A stretch of DNA of 62,976 bases, the filler included, from Neolecta irregularis DAH-3 (taxonomy: Eukaryota), in assembly GCA_001929475.1 (NCBI GenBank). It is 8 parts of 8 records of this genome, joined end to end, with 100 filler letters (N's around TTAATTAATTAA, not from the genome) between each part and the next. Parts side by side here need not be neighbours in the genome. Positions count along the whole stretch, not along the records: positions 10,512 to 14,460 come from LXFE01000629.1; positions 14,561 to 19,185 come from LXFE01000630.1; positions 19,286 to 34,376 come from LXFE01000631.1; 5 more parts are not named here. One strand, written 5' to 3'. Below, in pieces: positions 11,439 through 22,471 of this stretch (position 1 is the first letter of the stretch; the number at the start of each line of letters is the position of its first letter). The notes beneath the pieces are model-generated. The model was not told where the DNA came from and did not search any database. It saw nothing but the letters and a program-made list of their open reading frames with translations. A program made the position numbers and the translations under genes.

Positions 11439-13317
11439 CTATGGTAAAATAGGATCAAGATTATAATTTCCACTGATCCATTGATCTATCATTACCGAAG
11501 CAGCTTCCGGCTGCATAGTTTAGCATTCTCCATTGTATTTCAGGCATACCGCGTTGAGTGGAACAAAATGTCCAGAATCATGAATGATTAGAAAGGTGAG
11601 ATTAGCATAGCTCTTAACTAGTCCCCAGTTCTTCTCGCCCCCAAACTTTGAAAACGACGTGGAGCTGAATTCAAGGCTTCCAGACCATTCAAGGCTTTCA
11701 ACCCAAGCAAGGCATCCTTTCCAACTATAGCAATGAATATCCATGAGGTTGTAGAAACATATACTTGCAAATGTAATCAGCCTCACCGGCATAAATAAGG
11801 ATCGGCATTCCTTGTTCAAGAAGGACGGGAATTTCGTCAACATATGTTTTCATCATGTCACCAGTAATGAAAAACCTAAGTGTTAAATCTTGAACTAAAA
11901 AAGAATTGTTACTGGTCGTCGACTTGAGCATTACAAGCTTTAAATTTTTCAACCTCAGCACCAATAGCTTTCATGACACTCGGTTGATTTAAGTATTTCT
12001 CCATAGCGGCGTCCAGTGGGTAACAGGGGGTAGTGTCTGTGCTCGGGCAAAGATGGCGGACGTCGTAAACATCAATTCCCGCATCTTCAATTGGAGCTGA
12101 AAATTAGCATAATCCTTGAGAAATGACGATATACAAAACATGAGACTGTCACAAAAGTTCTCAGCGAAAGCACAACTCAATTGGCTCCCGGTAGAATCGC
12201 ATTTGCGGATAAGATCAGCACACATCGGGTAAAGTGTCCGCATATATGTGCAGTCATATTCGGTTAAGACCGGACCATAGCGGTTATCGCAAGCCATTTC
12301 AGGATATTTGAGGTACTGTATCAGGGGATTGACGTAACCATTGCCAATTAAGATAGATTTGAGATTAATCTTGGGAATTGCGTCAACTTCAGTTTGAGAA
12401 GCAACAGAATAGAACTCTTTCGAGTTTCCTTTGGTGTGTTCAAGAATCGCTTTCGCAATCGCTATAGCATGAATGTGAATTCCAGAATCCCAAGTGTACC
12501 TGGAATATAATGTCCTGCATATGATTCCCCAGCAATATAAAAGTCTCGGTTGCTGTACTTAGGGAAATTCTGAAGGAACAAAGTAAGGAACGCAAATACA
12601 TCTTTTGCAGCCGCGGTTGTGCTTGAGACATTGACATTTCCATACGAAAATCCTGTCCCGAGAGGTTGATCAAGGAACATCAAATTGGCATTGTTGTTCC
12701 AGCTGTACTTATTATAATCAAGATTGATACCATCCTCATTAATTCTGGACGGCCCGAGCTCTTCAAATAACCCAAACAAAGATGAACATCCAGGCCCGCC
12801 ATTAAGCCATAAAATGAGTGGATCAGTTGCGGGTTCGCGTCGTGATTCGAAAAACCAGAAGAAGAAATTTTTGGACTCGTCAACAGTGATATATCCAGAA
12901 TACTACTTAGTTAGAATGCGCCATGAAATAGAATGATGTTCCTGCTGAACACTGTCGACGCCAAGTTCCAAGGGTGATTTAACACGCAGATGATGATTAG
13001 GAAAAACAGATGAAGTAAATATAAAATCCCAGTCACCGCCGTTGGGTTTGCCATTCTCACCCTGCAAAGGCGATGATTCAAACGATTCAAAGCTTGGTTC
13101 ATCATCTTTACGAAGCTGATCGTTATGAGATTCAACTTTTCCTAATAGGTAAGACAAGGACAACTTTTAAATGTTCTTTACTGTCGGATTGTTTGAATTC
13201 GCCTAGCACAGTGCTATGATGAATATGGTTGTTGAAGACTGCTTGTTCAGCAACGGCGAAACCGAGCAGAAGTGTTAGAATAGCAATTGAAGAAGCTCGA
13301 ATATTGCAGATTGCCAT
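11439..13317 (-). CDS. cpy1: Carboxypeptidase Y-type serine carboxypeptidase (S10), multi-exon, with signal peptide
   Basis: Signal peptide; [23 protein letters not shown], catalytic [17 protein letters not shown] and SGHFVP motifs. Confidence 0.92.
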
Positions 13318-14173
13318 AAGATTTCAAGTTGATTCTCCTGAATGCTGATTCATGGGCCAAATTATTGGTTCAAATAGCTTTTTCGTGGCCAAGCTATCTG
13401 CATCTGTGCCCTCCCTGTTTTGATAAGGAATAATCGAACATGGAATTCGTGTGAAATTCGAATCTAAATATATATCAGAGCAATGGAACGTCGAGTTCGC
13501 CCTAAAACATGCTAGGATAAACTACCATCTAAAAGCTTAGCGACTATGCTGCTTTGTCTAATCCAATTGTCGTCTGACATACGCACGCTGCTACTGTCCG
13601 AAAAATTTGGTGTTCTGTCTGTCTCTGATGATATGTAGGGAAATGAAAAAGGGCTTGGTAATGTGGCGTCTATCTAACAAGCGGAAAAGTATAGAGCTTA
13701 ATATTTCAGAGCTAGTGTAGGTTATGCGCTTAGAAGTACGATAAGACCAAGTGTTATAACTAGCCTAAGTAGACGAACTTGGCAAAGTATTTCCCCATTC
13801 CCGGCACTATATACTATTTACATCAAGCCTCATCAGCCGCCCTACCGTTTCCGTCTTGGGTAAGGATATATTCGAGTGTATATCCCTACAGCAAGCTTTC
13901 CACCAGTCTGACAGAGAGTTAAGAAAAGAAGACAAAAAGGGAAAATAAGAAATCTGTCCCTGGTATACGACAGGCTGTGTTTTGCCTAATCCATTTGTCA
14001 TCGACTCGTTAAATTCTATTGGAAGGTAGATAGCTGCCTTCGGGGATCGCAATCTTCCCCAATCTTCTCCCATTTCGCCTTAGGAACCTTCATGGAAATG
14101 ATCTAGATTAGAGTAGAGCCGGCATAAATGACTATTCAATGTATCAAGAGAAAATGATGCATATTGATGTCAT

Positions 14174-14300
14174 CAGCGTGTCCAACCGCCCCGGAGGCTC
14201 TCAGCCGCAGAGTTCCTAACGGACTGGACCAGACCGGCCCAAGCCCTTGGTCTGGTCCGTCTAAACAGACCATAGACCGCTCCAGTCCGTCCAGACCATC
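14174..14300 (+). mobile_element. Left end of family B hAT-like element, interrupted at 14208 by a second CAGAGTT-ended element with GGACC/GACC subterminal repeats
   Basis: CAGCGTGTCCAACCGCCC resembles the TIR of 33324-33970; CAGAGTTCC follows with repeated GGACT/AGACC motifs. Confidence 0.45.
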
Positions 14301-14646
14301 CTATACATTCAGAAAATGTTTTCTAACAGATATATGTTACTTGGTTACACTGGGAATTTTTGTATTAACAATGATGTATCCTGTTGTCAACTTGTACCTG
14401 AAGTCAAAGAGGTGCAATATAGATCAAGGTACCGCTACTACCACTACTCCTACTACCGCCNNNNNNNNNNNNNNNNNNNNNNNNNNNNNNNNNNNNNNNN
14501 NNNNTTAATTAATTAANNNNNNNNNNNNNNNNNNNNNNNNNNNNNNNNNNNNNNNNNNNNCGGGATATGATTGTACCTCTCCTTCACACTATCCATACCT
14601 ACTCCAGGAGGGAGTCTCCGTTACAGTCCCCCCGCTGGATAGTCAT

Positions 14647-17600
14647 CTAATGTAGATGATGCTGGCTAGTGTATATGCCAAGGAGTTCTGATGCTGTTTG
14701 GCGGAGTTCTGATGCTGTATGCCAAGTGTCCTCGCTGGAATCTTGGCCTTTAAATCGTATCAAAAATTTGTATCCCCGTCCTGCTTTCTTGTGTGTGATA
14801 ATCCTCTCGATTTCGTATTCTCCTGTACCGTCTGGGTATAGCTTGTAAGGTTGTCCAGTATCCTGTGTGCGACAGAGCTCGGGTGGAGCGCCTTGTGCCC
14901 TCTTTAGCTCTGAAATGTGAAAGACTGGGTGGATACGGGAGGATGGCGGTAGCTCTATTTCATAATTTGTGCTTGAAATCTTCTTTGTAATTCTGAAAGG
15001 TCCATCAAAACGTGGTTTAAATTTTTTGGGTAGCTGTTCCATTCTGCCGTGCGGTATCATCCTTTGGTTTCGGGTTGATAGATAAACGCAATCTCCCACT
15101 TCGAATTGTTCATCTTTCCTCCTTTTGTCGGCTGACTTCTTTTGCCTCTTCTGTGCTTTTTGAAGACATTCTCTCGCCTCTTGGAATTTCTTTTCCATCT
15201 CTTCTATGAATGCCTTTCCTGCTGCATTCTCCTCTGGTTTCTGTATAAATGTTGGTTTGATAGGTATATAGCCGAGATCTGCTTCGAAAGGGCTTGTTCC
15301 TAAAGATTCTGACTTCGAGCTATTATAGGCGTACTCTGCCAATCCTAATAGGTCTGGCCAGTTTAAATCCTGTTTGACATACATCTTCAAATAATCGATA
15401 ACTACCCGGTTTAGTCTCTCCGACAGTCCATCCGTTTGGGGGTGGAATGCTGTGGACAACTTAATAGTTGTACCGAGTGCTGACCAAACTTCCTTTATGA
15501 ATTTTGCTGTAAATGTTGGTCCTCGGTCAGATAGCACTGATTTTGGGATTCCATGTAAAGGGTAGTAGCGATTTAGGAAGATCTTGGCCAAATCTGTAGC
15601 TGTATCTCCTGTGTTAGCTGGCCAAAAGTGTACACGTCTTGTGGCTCTGTCTACCACCGTAAGGATAGCATCCGAGCCGTTTATTCTGGGCAGTCCTGTA
15701 ATGTAGTCCATGGTAATTTCTCGCCATCGGTTTTCTGGAATTGGTAGAGGTCTAAGGAGTCCGCTAGGTTTTTGGTTAGTAGGTTTAACTCTTGAACATG
15801 TTTCACATGATGCGACATATTCTGCAATATCTCTAGCCATCCTGGGCCAGATATATGAGGCTGCAACTTGCGACAATGTCTTTGAGGTACCGGGGTGGCC
15901 TGCTGATTTGGTGTCATGGAATTCTTTTAGGATGTCGAGTTTTAATGCTGCGGGTATACAGATTCGGTTTTTCCAATACAGTATGCCATCTTCGACTTGG
16001 TAATCATATGACTTCGTATGATTGTTTCTGCTATTATTTCTGATTTTCTTTAGGATACCTGAGTATTTCTCGTCTCTTTCCAGTTCCTCCTTGATTTTTG
16101 TTGCCCATTCTGGATTTTCTCCTATTTCTACTGAGTTTTGTTCGAAATCTGGTCGTCTGGAGAGGGCATCCGCGATTTTATTCTGGGCCCCTGGTAGGTA
16201 TTCGATTTCATAGTCAAAATCTTTCATTACCCATAGAGCTCGTATTTGTTTTGGATTTAGTTTTCTCTGTTGTAAGATAAACATGAGTGATTTGTGGTCC
16301 GTTTGGAGTTTAAATTTTATCCCGTCCAAGTATATCCTAAATTTTTGGAAGGCTTGCTTTATGGCGTAAAGCTCTTTGTCGTGCGTGGTCCAATTGATTT
16401 GGTGTTGATCAAGCTTTTTGGACATAAACATTACTGGATGTATTTCTCCGTTTCCTAGTTTCTGAGATAAGACAGCACCAATGCCCACACCCGATGCATC
16501 GCATGTAAGGACTGTTTCTCTTGTAGGGCTGTGGCGTATTAGTACTGGTGCTGACGTTAGTAGTTTTTTGATTTTATTGAATGCTTCCGTTTCTTTGGAT
16601 GTCCACTGCCAATTTATATCTTTGTGTAACAAATTGGTAAGCGGTGCTGTGATAGTTGCGTAATCCTTGATGAAGTTCATATAGTATCCTGCCATTCCAA
16701 GGAAGCTCTGTATCTCTTTTACTTTTGTTGGAGTGGGCCATTCTGATACTGCTATGACTTTGGATTCCACGACTTTAATTCCTTGTCCCGAAATACAGTG
16801 GCCTAGCCATTCAATTTCTGTCCTAAGGAACTCACATTTCTTCTTCTTTACATAGAGTTTGTGCTCCCTTAGTCTGTCAAATACTTGTTGTAAATGGAGT
16901 AGGTGTTGCTGTTCTGACTCCGAGTATACCAGTATATCGTCCATAAAGACACCTGACATGTGGTCTAAATTTCGTAGTGCTTCAGACATCATTTGCTGAA
17001 ATGTCGCTGGCCCATTTGATAGGCCAAATGGAAGGACTGTGAATTGGAAGTGTCCATACTTGGACTTGAATCCCGTGAGGTGTTTGGTAGCTGGGTCAAG
17101 ACGTAATTGGTAATAACCTGATGTCAGATCCAGCTTTGAAAAAATGGTTGCTTTTCCAATCCTTGCCAGTAATTCGTCAATTCTTGGTAATGCCATTGCC
17201 ATCTTAACTGTGTTTGAGTTAAGCTGGCGATAATCGATACATAGGCGTAGTTCTCCTGTCTTTTTCCGTACAAAAAGTACTGCGGCGCCATATGCTGAAG
17301 TGCTTGGTTCAATAAATCCTTTTTCGAGTAGTTCTGTGATATTCTCTCGCAAAGCCTCTGTCTCTGCGATAGACAATGGGTATATTGGACGATTTTTGGG
17401 CTGTATATTTTTGTCGATTAACTCGATTTTGTGATCGTATCTGCGTTCTGGTGGAAATTCGAAATTTTCATTGAAGATATCCTCATTTTTTGTAAGGATT
17501 GCATTTATTATAGGGTTTCCGTTCGAATTTTCCTCTCCGCTTTGGCTTTTTCTTTGGATTTTGACCATAAAAGCTATTCCGTCATTAAGCATTATATTCT

Positions 17601-18165
17601 CTGCTTCAAGTGAGGAAATTTCTGGAATAACGATATTTTTCCTTATCCCCAGGAATACCTGGTTTTTTATTTGGAATGTATTTCGTTTGTAGTCTATTAG
17701 TGGTTGTACTTTTGCATGCCAGTTCTTCCCAAGGATTATGTCGTACTTAGAGTTTTCCAAGATATAAAACTTTTCTGTGCTTCGCCATGGTTTACCTTCC
17801 ATGTCTATCAGCTTTATCTCAGCTTCCATAATTTGTTCTTCATTTGTTGTTATTGAACCGTCAGCAAGCCGTATTCTGAGTTGATTTCCCGTACTGGTAA
17901 GTTCGAGTTTCTGTCTTATTGCAAATGGTTTCGCAACAAAACAATGGGATGCGCCATCATCTTTAAGTGCGATTCCATGCGATATTGAGTTCCTTTGCTT
18001 TAGCTCCACTTTTACTGTTATCAGCTCGCTATTTCCAACTTCAGCATTTATGATTTGTTTCACAGTTGGAATTTGTACTTTCGATTGCTTTAGAGAAGGG
18101 TTGTGAGTAACTGTAAGCTTTTCATTTCCTCTAGTTACAGTATCGGAAGAAGACTTCTCATTCAT
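14647..18165 (-). CDS. pol: Pol polyprotein: aspartic protease, RT, RNase H, integrase, chromodomain
   Basis: KDDGASH protease site, LPFGLSNGP and FMDD in RT, CDASGVGIGAVL in RNase H, HHCC and D-D-E integrase, GPF motif, chromodomain EYEIERII...FLIRFKG...DTW. Confidence 0.96.
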   Translation of the reverse strand: MNEKSSSDTVTRGNEKLTVTHNPSLKQSKVQIPTVKQIINAEVGNSELITVKVELKQRNSISHGIALKDDGASHCFVAKPFAIRQKLELTSTGNQLRIRLADGSITTNEEQIMEAEIKLIDMEGKPWRSTEKFYILENSKYDIILGKNWHAKVQPLIDYKRNTFQIKNQVFLGIRKNIVIPEISSLEAENIMLNDGIAFMVKIQRKSQSGEENSNGNPIINAILTKNEDIFNENFEFPPERRYDHKIELIDKNIQPKNRPIYPLSIAETEALRENITELLEKGFIEPSTSAYGAAVLFVRKKTGELRLCIDYRQLNSNTVKMAMALPRIDELLARIGKATIFSKLDLTSGYYQLRLDPATKHLTGFKSKYGHFQFTVLPFGLSNGPATFQQMMSEALRNLDHMSGVFMDDILVYSESEQQHLLHLQQVFDRLREHKLYVKKKKCEFLRTEIEWLGHCISGQGIKVVESKVIAVSEWPTPTKVKEIQSFLGMAGYYMNFIKDYATITAPLTNLLHKDINWQWTSKETEAFNKIKKLLTSAPVLIRHSPTRETVLTCDASGVGIGAVLSQKLGNGEIHPVMFMSKKLDQHQINWTTHDKELYAIKQAFQKFRIYLDGIKFKLQTDHKSLMFILQQRKLNPKQIRALWVMKDFDYEIEYLPGAQNKIADALSRRPDFEQNSVEIGENPEWATKIKEELERDEKYSGILKKIRNNSRNNHTKSYDYQVEDGILYWKNRICIPAALKLDILKEFHDTKSAGHPGTSKTLSQVAASYIWPRMARDIAEYVASCETCSRVKPTNQKPSGLLRPLPIPENRWREITMDYITGLPRINGSDAILTVVDRATRRVHFWPANTGDTATDLAKIFLNRYYPLHGIPKSVLSDRGPTFTAKFIKEVWSALGTTIKLSTAFHPQTDGLSERLNRVVIDYLKMYVKQDLNWPDLLGLAEYAYNSSKSESLGTSPFEADLGYIPIKPTFIQKPEENAAGKAFIEEMEKKFQEARECLQKAQKRQKKSADKRRKDEQFEVGDCVYLSTRNQRMIPHGRMEQLPKKFKPRFDGPFRITKKISSTNYEIELPPSSRIHPVFHISELKRAQGAPPELCRTQDTGQPYKLYPDGTGEYEIERIITHKKAGRGYKFLIRFKGQDSSEDTWHTASELRQTASELLGIYTSQHHLH

Positions 18166-19064
18166 TCTTCCGTCTCTTCTTTTAAAGGCGATTCCTCCTT
18201 TTCCAAGTTATTTGGTTTCATATACTTGCCTGATTTAAACCAACAGTCCTTCTCCTTGTGATTACGCTTCTTGCAATATTTGCATGAAGTTTTATTCCGT
18301 TGTTTCGAGGTTTTCCGAATGTGGTCGAGTTCCATTGGGGTGTAGCTTCCTTGTTCGTCTCCACCAGTAAATTTCTTTTCAAATTTCTTTGTTGAAAGGA
18401 ACCGTTTCCCATCAAAGTTAGATGTGATTTCAATTGCTTCTTTTAATAAGGTGGGTTTCTTCTGAACTAAATGCTCGAATAGTTGTTTTCTGGTACGTAA
18501 ACCGTTTATAAAGAGAAAGACTTTCTGCTTTTCTGGTATCTCCTCCTCTTTGAATTGAGCTGCCAGGCGCTGGAATACTATAATGAATGCTTGGACTGAG
18601 GTTGTAACTTTTAGTTCCACAAGTCGTTGTTGCTGGGCGAAAGCGAAGGATTCTGGAATAAATCGATTTCTCATCTGGGTGCAGAAATGGTCCCACGAGC
18701 CATTCACCAATTCATCATAATTTGCTTCGAAGTGTGCCCGTGCAAGCCCTGCCATTCTTCCATATAGAAATCGCATGCCCTCATTGGGGGCAAATGCTGC
18801 TGTATCAAGCTCTCGTCGTGCCACCTGTAGCCATTCCTCTACCAGGTCTGGTCTGGTTCCGTCGAATTTCTTTATTCTAGGGTTGTATGTAGCCTGTCTC
18901 ATAGTATTTATTTGCTCTGTTTGTGCAGGCGGTTTCATTTGTGCAAACATCTTCTCTTGATGGCTCGTCATCTGGTCTGCCAAGCTTTTCGTAAGGTTGC
19001 TAATGCTGGCTACCATGTGGTGTCCAAAAGCCTGCATCATCTGTTCAATTTGTCCTTGGTCCAT
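18162..19064 (-). CDS. gag: Gag protein
   Basis: KFDG motif, FINGL, PMELD and CX2CX4HX4C knuckle (CKYCKKRNHKEKDC); lies upstream of pol. Confidence 0.93.
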   Translation of the reverse strand: MDQGQIEQMMQAFGHHMVASISNLTKSLADQMTSHQEKMFAQMKPPAQTEQINTMRQATYNPRIKKFDGTRPDLVEEWLQVARRELDTAAFAPNEGMRFLYGRMAGLARAHFEANYDELVNGSWDHFCTQMRNRFIPESFAFAQQQRLVELKVTTSVQAFIIVFQRLAAQFKEEEIPEKQKVFLFINGLRTRKQLFEHLVQKKPTLLKEAIEITSNFDGKRFLSTKKFEKKFTGGDEQGSYTPMELDHIRKTSKQRNKTSCKYCKKRNHKEKDCWFKSGKYMKPNNLEKEESPLKEETEE

Positions 19065-19404
19065 TGTTTTCTAGGTTTTCGTTTCCCGTTGCTCAGTTTC
19101 TTATAAGCCGGACCCCCAACTGTCACCAAGGAGAGGTGATCTCTATGTGGCAGTGAGTCGTCACTAACAAGATCATATTCTTCATNNNNNNNNNNNNNNN
19201 NNNNNNNNNNNNNNNNNNNNNNNNNNNNNTTAATTAATTAANNNNNNNNNNNNNNNNNNNNNNNNNNNNNNNNNNNNNNNNNNNNCCATGTGATACTTCT
19301 TCAAAGGTCCCCCTTTGACTTTCTTGTATTGAATTTGTTGGCAGACCATTATTTATGCCTTTAAATTCTGATCCCGATAGTGTTTGTTTCGTTTGAATAC
19401 GTTG

Positions 19405-19484
19405 GTTGGTTGTTCAACCGTGAATTGATTGGCCGCCCGCCCGCCGGAGGGTCTCCCGCGGGGTCGGGCGGGCGGGGGACACTG
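19405..19484 (-). mobile_element. hAT-like element end with CCGC subterminal repeats
   Basis: Ends GGGGACACTG (reverse complement CAGTGTCCCC) with CCCGCCCG motifs like family B. Confidence 0.5.
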
Positions 19485-19819
19485 TAAAAATCTATCAAGA
19501 AAGTTCATTCAAGCAAGTCCAAGCAAGCCAGTCCAAAGGCCTGAAATATGAAAAAAAGGAAGCAAGTCTGCTTGTGACCGGCCCGACTGGGATGAGCTGC
19601 GGCCCTTGCTGCTCTCTGTGCTCCTTCTGATGATTGGGCGGTGGCGGTGGCAAGCTGGTGGGGGTTGCGACGATGGGGTAAAGTTGTGTCCCCTCAGGTG
19701 CAATCCCGCGGGCCAAGAAGTCATGCACAAGTGTTTCCTTACTACATGTCTCCTTACATGATACTAAATGTAGCCTTCCTTGCATCACTCAGGGCTACTT
19801 GACGTCAGTGATCAATATC

Positions 19820-20275
19820 TTAGAAGATGAAGTGGTACCTATTGAGCTGGGCTACAACTACCAAATCAAATACAGTGGGTTCATTATTGAATTCACCTGC
19901 TTTGGTGTATATGGTACGATCTTTACCATAGACATGATAATTAGTGTCGCCAATGGGGGGGTGTTTCAAGAGGCCACTGGGGCTTATGCCAAAATTGTCT
20001 GCTGCATGGGACGGAGAGAATGTGATTTGACTCTCTGAATTGATAAAAGCATGCCACTCCCCGTGGCCACGAGCATCATGCAGATGACCGTTCAAAAAGT
20101 AAAATTTAAACGCGGCCTCTCCGTTTCCAGCTACTGCCAGATTTCCGTTGCTGTCAATCTTGATATTGCGGGCTCCGAATGCTGAGGTTTGGAGCACGAA
20201 ATGCTCGCGATCTGAGATTTTGTTGCTTGATAATACAAGCAAAGGTAGATTGGCGAGTAGCGGGAGCAGTTGCAT
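19820..20275 (-). CDS. Small secreted protein (151 aa), intronless, unknown function
   Basis: Hydrophobic N-terminus MQLLPLLANLPLLVLSS; beta-strand-like G-x-L repeats; TATA-like element just upstream. Confidence 0.65.
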   Translation of the reverse strand: MQLLPLLANLPLLVLSSNKISDREHFVLQTSAFGARNIKIDSNGNLAVAGNGEAAFKFYFLNGHLHDARGHGEWHAFINSESQITFSPSHAADNFGISPSGLLKHPPIGDTNYHVYGKDRTIYTKAGEFNNEPTVFDLVVVAQLNRYHFIF

Positions 20276-20427
20276 TTTCTTTATGGACTCGCAAACAGCG
20301 CAAGGTGATGATGACCTTTTATAAATTGCACATACACAAGTCTAATTTGGACACAGCAAACTCTGAGGGAACTCTGACGTCACTGTGTCGTTTTCCTATC
20401 TGTAGTGGTTTCTAGAAAGGATATGCC

Positions 20428-20675
20428 TGTAGCATGAAAATGATACAGTAATCTCACAGCGGTTATAGGGTTTCTATTATTATACGTTTCCTTAGTTTTA
20501 CAATGCGTGGCTCATTCTTGCAAATCTATTTGTAGTCCTGGATCTGCAACGGTGGATAATGCTCTATAAATCCAGCTAAGAGTCATAGTTTCGTTTTATC
20601 GTTTCCCTCTTTTCCTTTATGTTGCCAGAATCCTAGAATCCTCAAATACTCTATAACTATAACCTGCGTGCGACA
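20428..20675 (+). mobile_element. Solo LTR (family L1), diverged
   Basis: Aligns with 6111-6366 (TTTCTATTATTATACG...GGATAATGCTCTAT...CCAGAATCCTA...AACCTG.GTG.GACA). Confidence 0.7.
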
Positions 20676-21757
20676 TGCTGCTGGCTGGTTGTAATATACA
20701 ATGCGGCACTAACTAAATGCAACCCTTGTTACTTTTCGCACGCAGGTTACAACCCCCCGATATGTTTGCTTCTCTCAGGGGCTTTGTAACAATAAGATAA
20801 GGTGAGTTTTGCTATAGTTTAAAAGCAGAACCAGACAATTACTTAACTAGAGTCACAGAAATACGAAATCTTCCGTGTTAACAAGAAAGTACTATTGTAG
20901 AAAGAGGAAAACGGTATTCCCACCCTGTAATCTATCCGATGATTCTCCAGTACACTCATACTCACGATTATCGAGAATACTCTGTTGAAGAGTGATAATC
21001 CAAGTTGAAGTCCTTCTTCCGTCCGAGAGGCTGATAAACACTGACTATACAAATAAGGTGATGAATACTCGGATCAGATTTATGTTGCAATGGCTAGCTT
21101 AGTTGACTTGCAGCAACTGCACTTCAGTTTGTTTAAACTTCCCAGCTAGTCAGGCCAACCTTAATTTATGTCGTTGTCTTCCAACAGCAGCCGTTCTTTG
21201 CTGAAACACTTCCATCCCACCCTTGACCTAGAAGCTCTAGGGCGCGCAGACACTTTTGTGTCTTCAGTTTCGCCCGTCCAGTTCTTATCCTGAGTAAATT
21301 CTATGAGTTGTGGATTGTCGATGAATCATGCCGAACAATTTCCCAATACTATTTCTTAGTTTATTCGTTAGAATTTCTATATGTACTATTTTAGTTGAGA
21401 TGTTTTTTCTCATAGGCATGGAAGTTGTTTTGGGGAATTAACTAGTTCACATTCACAAGGAGCAATGATTGAATTTTATCATATAAACATTTTTGTACCA
21501 AGAGACTTGTGCATGGAATAAGGATTTAGGGTTTCAAATGACATATCAAAACAGGCAAGATATTATAGATTGCGATTGAAGAGATATATGCCATTTTATT
21601 TCCATAATCAACTTATGTGCACTTATGTTCCAAGGCCTGAGAATACTGCTGTGTGGTTTCAGAGTGCTTTAAGAATCTAATGATATAGGTTAGGGTGTAT
21701 GAGCTCCAGACATGAAGGACATGGTATTGAATACGAGTCACTCAGAGAATCGTACAG

Positions 21758-22060
21758 AAGTGTTTCCTTACTACATGTCTCCTTACATGACACTGAATGT
21801 AACCTTCCTTGCATCATTCGGGGCTACTTGAAGTCAGTGATCGATATCTTGGATGATGAAATGGTACCTATTTGTGGGGACACGACTTTACCACAACGTC
21901 GCAACCCCCACCAGCTTGCCACCGCCACCGTCAAAGTATCGGAACCGGCACAAGCAGCAGCAAGGGTCGCCGATCACCCCAGGCGGGCCAGTCACAGGCA
22001 TCGCCACCCGGCAGATCGACAGAAGGGCAGGCAGGCAGAGGACGGCAGCAGCCCATGTGG
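21758..22060. repeat. Rearranged duplicate of 19570-19843 (direct block followed by inverted block)
   Basis: 21758-21872 matches 19729-19843 directly; 21876 onward matches the reverse complement of about 19570-19693. Confidence 0.85.
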
Positions 22061-22471
22061 CGACTCTGTACACAACTTCAAAGGTGTTTATGATAGTTCG
22101 TCACACTTACAGTAGCCATATAACACTATTATAATGACTTTCTACATGATTTTCCGGACTAGGCAAATATAATAATTCTGTTGGATGAATAAAATCGTCT
22201 GTATTTTTTTAATGAAATGAGTCACGTTTTTCGTCGCACACTCATAAATGCGGAATATTCGCAGACCTGGTTCCTCGCTACTCTGCAAACTTATGAATGA
22301 TCGTAGGTCACGCTGGTATTTGTCTAATATCCCTGCAAACGATGTTATACTGCATTACTGATCCAGTTCTGATGTCTTAAATTTGTAGGGCTGAACATTG
22401 TCCCAGATAGAATTAACGGCAATTCACCTCAAGGCTTGAACTAGCCCTAACGTCTCCTTTCACCTCCAAAA

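Larger units (their letters stand above)
14561..19185 (-). mobile_element. Ty3/Gypsy chromovirus LTR retrotransposon with intact gag and pol; both LTRs run into assembly gaps
   Basis: 5' LTR end ...GTGACA at 19121, putative PBS TGGGGGTCCGG (19108-19118), PPT GCGGGGGGAC (14626-14635) directly before the 3' LTR start TGTAAC (14625). Confidence 0.95.
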
